A stretch of 28,641 nucleotides of DNA. Source: a virus (Duplodnaviria; Caudoviricetes). Shown here piece by piece: positions 8,930-16,452 of the stretch; the stretch's first letter is position 1; the number at the start of each line of letters is the position of its first letter. The notes beneath the pieces were generated by a model, which worked only from the letters and a program-made list of their open reading frames with translations, had not been told where the DNA came from and ran no database searches. The translations under genes were made by a program, and so were the position numbers. The stretch covers positions 1 through 28,641 of the IMG/VR virus record IMGVR_UViG_3300012914_000006; one strand, given 5' to 3'.

Positions 8930-9693
8930 TAGTGAGACTCCTTCTCATTCAGACCAGCCAACGTGTCGGCCGTCTTCTTGGTAACACCGGGACCGGCGTC
9001 ACTGTTCGCTTTCTTCACCAGCGCCCGGTAGGCCTTGGCACTTCCCTTGGCCTGTCGGTACAACTGGCGTTCCTTCAAGTACTGCTCTCTTCCCGGCCAC
9101 GATTCCTTCGAGCGCACGGGGACTACCTCACACGTACAGCCTGGGTGGTAGTCATTGCCGTCTGACCCGGCCGCCTGGGCGGACGAGTAGACGGGTCCTC
9201 GTGAAATGGTCATCCTGCACAGTGGGCAGGTGGGCGGAATGGGATCAACCCGCGCCCATCCAATAACCTCTTCCGACTCAACCGAAAGAGCGACCATCGT
9301 GTTCCGTTCGGCATTCCGACCGTGCAAGTCAGCCCGGCGGAGGACCCTGGAGACATCTTGTCTCGTGACGGTCCGCCCTTCCGGGATCTTGTCTTCGGCC
9401 TCCAATGACCGGGTAACCGCTTTCGCCCAATCTTGCATCTCGTATGCACGGATCGGCGGGACACGATCAACCGGCGGAATGTCGATGTCCATGTGGTAGG
9501 CAAATGACCGGGCGGCCAAGAGCCGGTATTCGTGGCGCAGATTCTCGACCGAGGCGAAAGAGCGCTTGGTCATCTGTGCCAGGATCGAGTTGGTCACAGG
9601 CTTACCGACGAAAGGCAGGATCAACCTGGCAATTCGTCGCATAAACCTAAGACTCAGGGTCTCCCGTTGGCGCTGGGTCACCGGTAGGGGCAT
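8929..9693 (-). CDS. MuF-like minor capsid / head morphogenesis protein
   Basis: GWARV...TC..C.M..SRGPVY.S...A and YH.GC.C.VVPV motifs; lies between portal and scaffold. Confidence 0.85.
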   Translation of the reverse strand: MPLPVTQRQRETLSLRFMRRIARLILPFVGKPVTNSILAQMTKRSFASVENLRHEYRLLAARSFAYHMDIDIPPVDRVPPIRAYEMQDWAKAVTRSLEAEDKIPEGRTVTRQDVSRVLRRADLHGRNAERNTMVALSVESEEVIGWARVDPIPPTCPLCRMTISRGPVYSSAQAAGSDGNDYHPGCTCEVVPVRSKESWPGREQYLKERQLYRQAKGSAKAYRALVKKANSDAGPGVTKKTADTLAGLNEKESH

Positions 9694-10993
9694 TCGGGTC
9701 CACCCCTTCCTCTTCCGGTTCTCGCAGCAACGCGGTCAACTCATCGTCCTCGATCAAGTCCAACTCCGCCTGAACCTCTTCGTCCGTCAGTCCGAGCATC
9801 CGGAGCAACCGACCATGAGACAACAGGGGACGTTCGTTCGGGCCGTACTTGATCGAGGCCAACTTCTGGACCTCGTCGGCGGCCTGGGAAAGCGTGGGCT
9901 GGTTGGGCTTCAGCCAGGTAACCGTTGCCGATCGCCGGGCCTCGTCCGTTACTGTGCCCTCGAAGAAGTCCAGGAGGAGTTGAAGCACCCTCTCCCAGGA
10001 CGACGTGAAGTCTCGAGCAATCCGTTCGGACCGCCGGTCGATTCGCTTATCGTCCTCAGCCTTCGCATCACCGGATGCCGGGTTCGCATCACTGGCCACA
10101 CCGAACAACGAGATCGGCGCACCGAGTGCACTGGCTGCTTGCTTCGAGTACATGTTGAGCAGGGTCGCGAAGTTCTGGAGCTGGGCCGCCGCGAACTGTT
10201 CGATCGAGGCATCCTTCCCACTGAGGGTCAGGAGCCGAGCCAGGTACATCTTCTCGGCGGACATCTTCTTCTCACCCTGGGTCACACCCTTGATGACCCG
10301 TTGCGGGACGGCCAGGAGAGCCCCGGCAATCGCGGCGTCCGTGCTGACCCTCGAAGCGGCGTCCTGAAGACCCCAGATCGACCGGGTAACCGGTGCGCCA
10401 TATCCGTCCTGCTTGCTCGAACGCTGGCTGAACACGACGATCTGGAGGCGCGGGTAGCCGTGGACCTCAGTCCGTTCGACGACCCAACCGCCCTGGATCT
10501 TCTTCAGCCAGACGGTGCGACCCCTGACGTAGTAGGTGGCCAGGGAGCCGTCACGTCCGTAGATGCGAAGGGCTTCCTCCAGTTCACCTGAGCGCGGGTT
10601 CATCCGGTGGACGGTGGACTTGGCCGTGAGCATGTCTGCCCGAGGCTCCCCATCTTCGCCCGTGGTGACCGAGACGTACGCGCGACCGTAGGCCAGGGCC
10701 TCGGTGTGCACGCGACTCGACAGGAGGTCCCCGTCAATGTCGCGCCATCGCGACCGGAGCCACTTGGCCACTCGTTCGACGGAGCACTCAACGTCGGTGA
10801 TCGAGATACGTTCCTCGATAGCCTGCGTCAGGATCTCGCACCAATAGAGCGGCGTGTAGTAGAGGGTTCGAAGTTCGGGCGGGGCGAGAACCGGGGTGCT
10901 GCGCACAGTTTGCTTGGCAGTCAGATAATCGCGCGCCCGATCGCACTTGGCTGCCTCGGTCTGCCACAATTCGTACAGGTCATTGAATGGCAT
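9647..10993 (-). CDS. Portal protein (SPP1 gp6-like)
   Basis: 448 aa, AAAGGAGG RBS; H.EAL.YGRAY, AVPQR, NPASGDA and W.....PT..Q.AD motifs; follows TerL. Confidence 0.92.
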   Translation of the reverse strand: MPFNDLYELWQTEAAKCDRARDYLTAKQTVRSTPVLAPPELRTLYYTPLYWCEILTQAIEERISITDVECSVERVAKWLRSRWRDIDGDLLSSRVHTEALAYGRAYVSVTTGEDGEPRADMLTAKSTVHRMNPRSGELEEALRIYGRDGSLATYYVRGRTVWLKKIQGGWVVERTEVHGYPRLQIVVFSQRSSKQDGYGAPVTRSIWGLQDAASRVSTDAAIAGALLAVPQRVIKGVTQGEKKMSAEKMYLARLLTLSGKDASIEQFAAAQLQNFATLLNMYSKQAASALGAPISLFGVASDANPASGDAKAEDDKRIDRRSERIARDFTSSWERVLQLLLDFFEGTVTDEARRSATVTWLKPNQPTLSQAADEVQKLASIKYGPNERPLLSHGRLLRMLGLTDEEVQAELDLIEDDELTALLREPEEEGVDPNAPTGDPAPTGDPES

Positions 10994-11016
10994 CGAACGG
11001 TCTCACCTCCTTTCAG

Positions 11017-12645
11017 TTACCAGGTGTGGGCTTCAACGGTTCCGGTCTCGTCTTCACCGGACAGAGCGAGGTACTTCATTCCCATGAGGTGAGCCAGCAG
11101 ACAGGCCGCGACAATATCGACCTTCGCCTTACTGTGTCGGGTCGCCTTGCCGAACAAATTGCCGTTCGGGTTGGGGCGAAGTTTCGCGTTCAACCAGTGC
11201 TCACGGAAGGCAGCGGCCTGGCTAAACAAGACCTTGCGTTGGTTGATCTGGGTCAGCAGAGCCTCGAACGCGTAGGTCAGGTCCCGACGGTTGTTCCTCA
11301 TGTCGTACCGGATGGGGGTCGCCGGTCGGGCCGGGACTTCCATCTCATGGCCGAAGTCCGATTCCCACTGGATCACGAGGTCATCAAGCGGATAGACGTC
11401 CGAGGCGAAGCCAACCAGTTCGCAATGCGCACGAACGATCTGGACCGCCTCGTCCAACTGATCTTCGTCCACACGCCAAAGGTTCTCGTCTCGGTCCTCG
11501 TCCGCCCGTTCGATCTTGTGAACCTGGAACTGGTGGTGGACCAGGTGGAACGAACGATCGCTGAGCCGGAACGCCACGACAGCCGTGTCGTCGTCGGACA
11601 ACGAAGGGTCGCACCCCAACGTGACCCGGTCGCCTTGACGAAGGGGCCGCAAGGGGTTCTGGTCCGTGGCCGTCGCGGCACCGAGAGCCTGAGCCGAGAT
11701 CACGTTGTCCTCAGAAACGACAATCATGTTCAAATGCTCACGGCGGAACTGCGACGGTGCGACATCGGGGTCCAACGCGGTTGCCGCCAGAGTCTCTATG
11801 TCCAGCCACACGGCATCCCCGGCGGCCTCTCGAAGACCGTTGCGCAGACTCTCGGGATCGTGTAGCTTGGTGTCAGGGTCAGCTTCGAGCGAGTCATAGA
11901 GGATCGAGACTCGGGCCCCCGGTCGCCCCGTTTGCTTGAGCCAGGCAGCGTGAGTCTTCTCCGCTATGCTTTCCTCGCCCGGGGTATATGCGTTCGCTAG
12001 TTCGCACAACCGGCCGCCGTCGGTCGACTTGGCGACGTTCGAGCGGATTCGTTCCATGGCTGAGTGGCCGCCGTTGGCCTTCACCCATTCACTGGCCTCT
12101 TCGATCCAGACCATGGACGGAGTGCCGCCACGGAGAGCACGAGGGTTGTTCGCCAGGGCCTTGATCCGACCGCGACCCCCGAGGGTCTTCTTAACCTCGA
12201 TGATCCCGATCCGGAGGCCCCACTCTTCGATCGCCTCTTGCGACCAGCAACCGAGGGCGTAGGACATGATCTGCTTGGACTGCTCGATCGTGGTAGCGAT
12301 GATCTGGACGTCCGGACGACGGGCCTGACGGCCGACAGGTTCGCCGGTCTCGGGGTCCCAGTAGTCCAGGCGGACAGGGCCGCACAGTTCAGCGGCGGAC
12401 AGGTATCCGGCTAGCGGACTCTTGCCCGTACCGCGTGCCCGGCGAAGGGCCCCTCGGTCATAGAGCCATCGGCCGTTCTTGTCCAGGGCGTACCAGCAGT
12501 ACAGGAAGTACGACTGTTCGTCGGTCAGGACGAGGGGTTCCCCACTGATGGCGTCGATCAGCCATGTGGCCATCCACTCTTCGATCTGCGGGCCCAGCGA
12601 ATCACGGGCCGCCGGTCGGGGTGGCCTCGTGTACTGGGCCGTCAT
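11017..12645 (-). CDS. terL: Terminase large subunit
   Basis: Start MTAQY at 12645 overlapping the TerS stop; Walker A RARGTGKS, Walker B VWIEEASEW, nuclease GCDPSLSDDDT and KVD. Confidence 0.95.
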   Translation of the reverse strand: MTAQYTRPPRPAARDSLGPQIEEWMATWLIDAISGEPLVLTDEQSYFLYCWYALDKNGRWLYDRGALRRARGTGKSPLAGYLSAAELCGPVRLDYWDPETGEPVGRQARRPDVQIIATTIEQSKQIMSYALGCWSQEAIEEWGLRIGIIEVKKTLGGRGRIKALANNPRALRGGTPSMVWIEEASEWVKANGGHSAMERIRSNVAKSTDGGRLCELANAYTPGEESIAEKTHAAWLKQTGRPGARVSILYDSLEADPDTKLHDPESLRNGLREAAGDAVWLDIETLAATALDPDVAPSQFRREHLNMIVVSEDNVISAQALGAATATDQNPLRPLRQGDRVTLGCDPSLSDDDTAVVAFRLSDRSFHLVHHQFQVHKIERADEDRDENLWRVDEDQLDEAVQIVRAHCELVGFASDVYPLDDLVIQWESDFGHEMEVPARPATPIRYDMRNNRRDLTYAFEALLTQINQRKVLFSQAAAFREHWLNAKLRPNPNGNLFGKATRHSKAKVDIVAACLLAHLMGMKYLALSGEDETGTVEAHTW

Positions 12646-13097
12646 CAGTCGGTCCCGTTGCGCCGGGCACGCGCTTGCTCGATCGCGGCAACCCTCTTCG
12701 GATCCTCGACAGGCTTCGTCCGCTCGATCTGGATGTTCGCGGCCCGACGGGCGGTCTCGGTGAACAGGAGGTCTACCATCATCTGGCGGACGACCATCAG
12801 TTGGCCGGGGCGATACCCGGTGATCTGACACTGAGTGACGAGGTCACACAGAAAGTGACAGGTCACGTAGTCCGTGGACTCGTACAACTCGCGGACGGGC
12901 GACGTGGTGAACGCGGACCAGATCATCCGGGCGGTGTCGGTCCAGGCCGGATCCTCGTCGGGGACGACCGGATCGGCGTGCTCCTGGCGGGGCGAAATTT
13001 TGAGTACGTTGTCCTGTTCCGCCTTGGTCCGGTGCCCGAGTCGATCTTCGGGTCGTTGCTTCGCGGTCGGTCCACTCTTCGGTGCAGTGTTACCCAT
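12645..13097 (-). CDS. terS: Terminase small subunit
   Basis: 150 aa; GP..K...RLGHR, W...A...W, S....Y..TD and L..TE..RR....I motifs of actinophage TerS; GGAAGGAG RBS. Confidence 0.85.
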   Translation of the reverse strand: MGNTAPKSGPTAKQRPEDRLGHRTKAEQDNVLKISPRQEHADPVVPDEDPAWTDTARMIWSAFTTSPVRELYESTDYVTCHFLCDLVTQCQITGYRPGQLMVVRQMMVDLLFTETARRAANIQIERTKPVEDPKRVAAIEQARARRNGTD

Positions 13098-13112
13098 AGT
13101 AGACTGGGACTC

Positions 13113-13286
13113 CTTCCCATTGTTGATCTTGAAACTAGGGGGTTGACACCCACCGTCTCGATGTGGTACGATTGAGGGTTGTCAGAGACCTGGAAGTTTG
13201 GGAGCGTTGGAAAGCGGCAAGGGGCCCGTTCTTCCTATTGTTGATAGGGGAGGGGATGCACCCCTGGGCCCATTTGTCAATAGGAA
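13113..13286. repeat. Direct and inverted repeats in the AT-richer HNH-terS spacer; probable cos/packaging region
   Basis: CTTCCCATTGTTGAT (13113-27), CTTCCTATTGTTGAT (13231-45), inverted CAATAGGAA (13278-86). Confidence 0.55.
13143..13172 (+). promoter_or_regulatory. Near-consensus sigma-70/HrdB promoter on the plus strand
   Basis: TTGACA (13143-48), 18 nt, TACGAT (13167-72) with an extended TGG. Confidence 0.65.
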
Positions 13287-13326
13287 TTTGGACACAATTT
13301 AAAGTCTTTCTTGCAACAGACGAGAC

Positions 13327-13638
13327 TCAATCCATTGCATCAAACGGGTGAATTTCTGTCACCCGTTTGCCCTGTTGACGTTTGGCCATGGCTGCCTGCT
13401 GTGCTTCGGCCTGTGTCTTGCGCTCATGATGCCAGGCACAGATGGCACGTCCATTCGTGAGCCGGTCATCCTGGCTCACTGACCAAGGGATGATGTGGTC
13501 CACCTCAGCCATGCGCTCAGTGCATCGTACTCCATCATCGTGCACCTCACACTGGCCCTCTGCCCTCAGGCGCACAGCACGCACGGTAGCCTGCCACACA
13601 GGGCTGTAGGGCCGACGCTGCCCAGTAGGCCATGGCAC
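13327..13638 (-). CDS. HNH endonuclease (terminase-associated, HK97 gp74-like)
   Basis: 103 aa; C..C, EVDHIIP, N..AIC..HH..KT motifs; immediately upstream of terS. Confidence 0.9.
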   Translation of the reverse strand: MPWPTGQRRPYSPVWQATVRAVRLRAEGQCEVHDDGVRCTERMAEVDHIIPWSVSQDDRLTNGRAICAWHHERKTQAEAQQAAMAKRQQGKRVTEIHPFDAMD

Positions 13639-13709
13639 GATGAACCGCCCTTCCGGTACCCCAACCTAGGGCACCCTGTTTCAGGCCCTCTGTGTGACGG
13701 GCGAAAGGG

Positions 13710-13763
13710 CATAACCGCAGGTCAGAGGGCCTTTTGACGGCAACGCTCTGACCTGCGGTTATG
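13710..13763. repeat. Perfect 18-bp inverted repeat containing GCAGGTCAG/CTGACCTGC
   Basis: CATAACCGCAGGTCAGAG (13710-27) / CTCTGACCTGCGGTTATG (13746-63). Confidence 0.85.
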
Positions 13764-13772
13764 TGGAACGGC

Positions 13773-13934
13773 TCATAGCCACCAGAGGCAGATGGCACGT
13801 CCTCGGACACAGAGCATCTGGCCGCCCCACGAACCGGGGACCATGCGTCCGTTGCGCCAGTCAGCCAGGCGGAACAGGCCACTCGGATGACCGGGCAGAC
13901 GTTCGTACTGGAGATCCAGCCGACGGCGCACCAT
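13773..13934 (-). CDS. Possible small hypothetical protein (53 aa)
   Basis: ATG 2 nt after the amidase stop; no clear RBS or motif. Confidence 0.3.
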   Translation of the reverse strand: MVRRRLDLQYERLPGHPSGLFRLADWRNGRMVPGSWGGQMLCVRGRAICLWWL

Positions 13935-13936
13935 GA

Positions 13937-14830
13937 TCAGGTCTGCGGGTGCAGGCTCTTGATGAGGGCCGTCAGGTCGTCCACGGCCTTCTGGAGCTTG
14001 TCCGTCTTCTTCTCGATGTCCGAGACACTGCGGCCGATCGACTCGCCGGACTGGACGTAGTTGTCCGCCAGGACGCCGTAGACCTGGTGCAGGAGTTCGG
14101 CCGCCGGGATGCCGGAGTACTCCTGGACGTCGTCGAGGAACTGCTGGATGTTCGCGATCACCTGTCCCTGCGACGTGCCGGTCTGGACGTAGGGCTTCGC
14201 GGTCTCGTCGTACATCTGCTGTTGCTGGTTCGGGGTCAGGCCCATCAGGAATTCCTCCGTAAGCGGTTGGTTGTCGATGTCCCAGCGGTACTGGGCAAGG
14301 TCGATCGTGACGCCGGGTGCCTTGCCGGGATCCCACTTGCCGTCACCCGTGTAGCCGTTGGTCTCAGCGTGCCCTCGGATGTACTCCGGGTTGCCGTTGG
14401 CGAAGAGGTCGGCGACCACGCGGCCGAACAGAACGGCGCTCTTGTACTGGGCCTGCGTCATGGGCAAGTTGCCCGGGTAGACGATCTCCAGGCCGACGGT
14501 GCGGCCATTCATGTTCCCCGAGACACTGGCCAACGGGCCCAGCGACGGACCGGCACCCCGGCCAGCGTGGTACGCGAGACCCGAGGCGATCACGGTCAAG
14601 GAGCCGTCCGAGTTCCCGGCGAAGTTGCACAGGGCTCCCTGGAGGTCCGGGCGGCCGGTCACGAGGACCTGGAACGCCGAACCGTACGGAGTGGCCGTGT
14701 GATGGATGACGGCCCCGACCGGGTTGATCTGCGAAATGCCCCCGTTGCCTCGGCCATCCCAGCCGGGCCATTCGTGCACCGTGGCACCCCGACGGCGTAG
14801 TTCATTCACGATGTCGCGGACGGCACCCAT
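13937..14830 (-). CDS. Endolysin, N-acetylmuramoyl-L-alanine amidase (Amidase_2) with helical C-terminal region
   Basis: IHHTA, AYHAG, VGLEI, IRGHAE and K.DP zinc amidase motifs. Confidence 0.92.
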   Translation of the reverse strand: MGAVRDIVNELRRRGATVHEWPGWDGRGNGGISQINPVGAVIHHTATPYGSAFQVLVTGRPDLQGALCNFAGNSDGSLTVIASGLAYHAGRGAGPSLGPLASVSGNMNGRTVGLEIVYPGNLPMTQAQYKSAVLFGRVVADLFANGNPEYIRGHAETNGYTGDGKWDPGKAPGVTIDLAQYRWDIDNQPLTEEFLMGLTPNQQQQMYDETAKPYVQTGTSQGQVIANIQQFLDDVQEYSGIPAAELLHQVYGVLADNYVQSGESIGRSVSDIEKKTDKLQKAVDDLTALIKSLHPQT

Positions 14831-14845
14831 GTCTGATCACCCTTC

Positions 14846-15358
14846 TTACCCTTGATGGAGGTCCGTCATCAGTGACTCGATGGACGAACCGTATGTGGAA
14901 CTGGCGGCCCAGCGGCCACTGAGTTCGGCGAAGTGTTGCAGGGCGTACCGGCCCCGGATGAGGTCGAAACGCGGGTCCACGAGGCCCACAGGGACGTCGC
15001 ACCCGGTGTACGCGATGAGGTGTTGGGCGTGCGCCAGGGCCCCGATCTCCCAGGACGGGAAGACCTGGTGCGCGAACCGTTCGTAGTCCGTGTCGCCCTG
15101 GAGGCCCAGGCTCTCGGGGTTCCTGACCTTCAGGCCGCACGTGTTCATCCACGCGGCGGACAGGACTCCGGTGTACCGGCCCCAGGCGGTCTCTTTGGCG
15201 GACTGAGCGACCATGCCGACCGGGTTGACGTGCTCCGTGAGGGCGGCGTCCCAGAGGGCCGGGAACATGGTGTCCGTGAACAGGGTGGAAGCCTTCTTGC
15301 GCACGAGGGCCTGGCGAACGGTCTCGTACGATGCGGTTGCGGGTCCCAGGATGAACAC
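14846..15358 (-). CDS. Glucosaminidase-like (GH73) peptidoglycan hydrolase
   Basis: 170 aa, AGGAGG RBS; AQSAKETAWG catalytic Glu, N.CGLK, F.SW..G, and WAASSTYG equivalent to YATD..Y. Confidence 0.8.
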   Translation of the reverse strand: MFILGPATASYETVRQALVRKKASTLFTDTMFPALWDAALTEHVNPVGMVAQSAKETAWGRYTGVLSAAWMNTCGLKVRNPESLGLQGDTDYERFAHQVFPSWEIGALAHAQHLIAYTGCDVPVGLVDPRFDLIRGRYALQHFAELSGRWAASSTYGSSIESLMTDLHQG

Positions 15359-15386
15359 TTGACACCTCCTGACGGTTGACGTACGT

Positions 15387-15692
15387 TCAATCTGTGGAAG
15401 TAGGTGGACAGAAGTCGCAGCCGGAGCAACGCTGAACGTGCGTCCTCATCCGGTGGCAGTTGGCGCACACGAGATCACACTTCAATGACTCGGTGTACTG
15501 ACGGTCGTAAGAACGGCAGATGCCCTCACCCACTCCGAAGGACTTCTCGGACGGGTCTCTGTGATCGAAGTCGTACATGAACGCGGGACCGGTGAAGCCG
15601 CAATCGAGGCACTTGCCTCCGTGAACTTCAACCAGTTTCCGCTTGGTTCGCTGCCGCCACAAGGTGACCTGTGCGCCGTTACTACCTGGCAT
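15387..15692 (-). CDS. HNH endonuclease adjacent to the tRNA array
   Basis: 101 aa; CLDCG, DFDHRDP..K, KCDLVCANCHR.RT. Confidence 0.85.
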   Translation of the reverse strand: MPGSNGAQVTLWRQRTKRKLVEVHGGKCLDCGFTGPAFMYDFDHRDPSEKSFGVGEGICRSYDRQYTESLKCDLVCANCHRMRTHVQRCSGCDFCPPTSTD

Positions 15693-15720
15693 TCGAATTC
15701 CCTCCGTTACAAGGATCTTG

Positions 15721-15794
15721 CTCCGCCCAGTGGATTCGAACCACTAACCATCGGGGTAACGGCCCGACGCTCTGCCAGATTGAGCTAGAACGGA
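15721..15794 (-). tRNA. tRNA-Asn(GTT), C33 instead of U33, no encoded CCA
   Basis: TCCGTTC TA GCTC AATCTGGCA GAGC G TCGGG CCGTTAC CCCGA TGGTT AGTGG TTCGAAT CCACT GGGCGGA G. Confidence 0.9.
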
Positions 15795-15877
15795 TCGAGA
15801 GCAGTCGCGCGCTACCCGGCCGCCCGAGTAGAACCACTGTCCCATCTGTGCCTACCCGTTGACGGAAGGGCAGTTTG

Positions 15878-15945
15878 TCCCACGTCGAGGAATCGAACCT
15901 CGGACACACCGGTTTACAGCCAGCGTTGCGCCCAGCGCACTTGGG
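15878..15945 (-). tRNA. Atypical tRNA-Tyr(GTA), 68 nt, minimal D-arm, C1-G72, no long variable arm
   Basis: CCCAAGT GCGC TGG GCGC A ACGCTGG CTGTAAA CCGGTGT GTC CGAGG TTCGATT CCTCG ACGTGGG A. Confidence 0.75.
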
Positions 15946-16108
15946 TTGGCGATACGGCCCCCGTCGCCCCGACTACTAGGCGAGGATCAACGGGGGCCGC
16001 ACGTTAGGTGATGGCTTGCCGGGCCATCCGGCTACCATCTGTTCTCTCGATTGCCACCTGTGCACCCACTACGGATGCGCCCTGTGCTGACCACAGATGG
16101 ACGTGAAG

Positions 16109-16183
16109 GGGCGGAGGCAGGATTTGAACCTGCGACCGACGGCGTATGAAACCGCTGAGCTGACCTGGCTGCTCTACTCCGCC
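16109..16183 (-). tRNA. tRNA with CAT anticodon on an initiator-like body (Met/fMet-like, atypical)
   Basis: GGCGGAG TA GAGC AGCCAGGTCA GCTC A GCGGT TTCATAC GCCGT CGGTC GCAGG TTCAAAT CCTGC CTCCGCC C. Confidence 0.88.
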
Positions 16184-16293
16184 CTGTGTGCCTGGCCGCC
16201 CTAAGCATCGTGGTGTGCTGAACGGCGGCCAGGCCCTCCTAGCGTCCACCGGGGTCCTTCATAAGGACGGCCGTAACGCCTGGAGGAAGTTTC

Positions 16294-16450
16294 ACCGGTG
16301 CTCTGCCAATTGAGCTAGACCGCCCGTCACCAGCGATTCCTAGCAACCAGCCTGCCCGGTCGACTGTGCACAGTCTTGCGGGACGCCTGTATCGCTGGTC
16401 CTGACCTGGCTACCATGACGGCCGAGGGATTCCAACCCCCAACCTCCGGC
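16294..16450 (-). ncRNA. Circularly permuted tRNA-like module 2 (T-arm before D-arm, 92-nt linker closing the acceptor stem)
   Basis: GCCGG AGGTT GGGGG TTGGAAT CCCTC GGCCGTC [92 nt] GGCGGTC TA GCTC AATTGGCA GAGC A CCGGT. Confidence 0.65.
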
Positions 16451-16452
16451 TA

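Noticed and set aside
12646-12831. N-terminal extension of TerL in the ORF track; likewise long upstream extensions of 4320..5090, 5164..5985, 24611..25381 and 25584..26345
   Set aside because: They overlap upstream genes extensively; downstream starts with RBS or stop-start overlaps fit better.
13163-13351. 62-aa plus-strand ORF behind the reverse promoter
   Set aside because: Its start lies inside the promoter -10 region, it has no RBS, and it crosses the putative cos repeats.
16223-16324. Linear tRNA using GGCGGTC/GGCCGCC as acceptor with a large anticodon-loop insertion
   Set aside because: No T-arm can be formed, and GGCCGCC is already used in the 11-bp hairpin at 16190-16234. It remains a possible alternative conformation.
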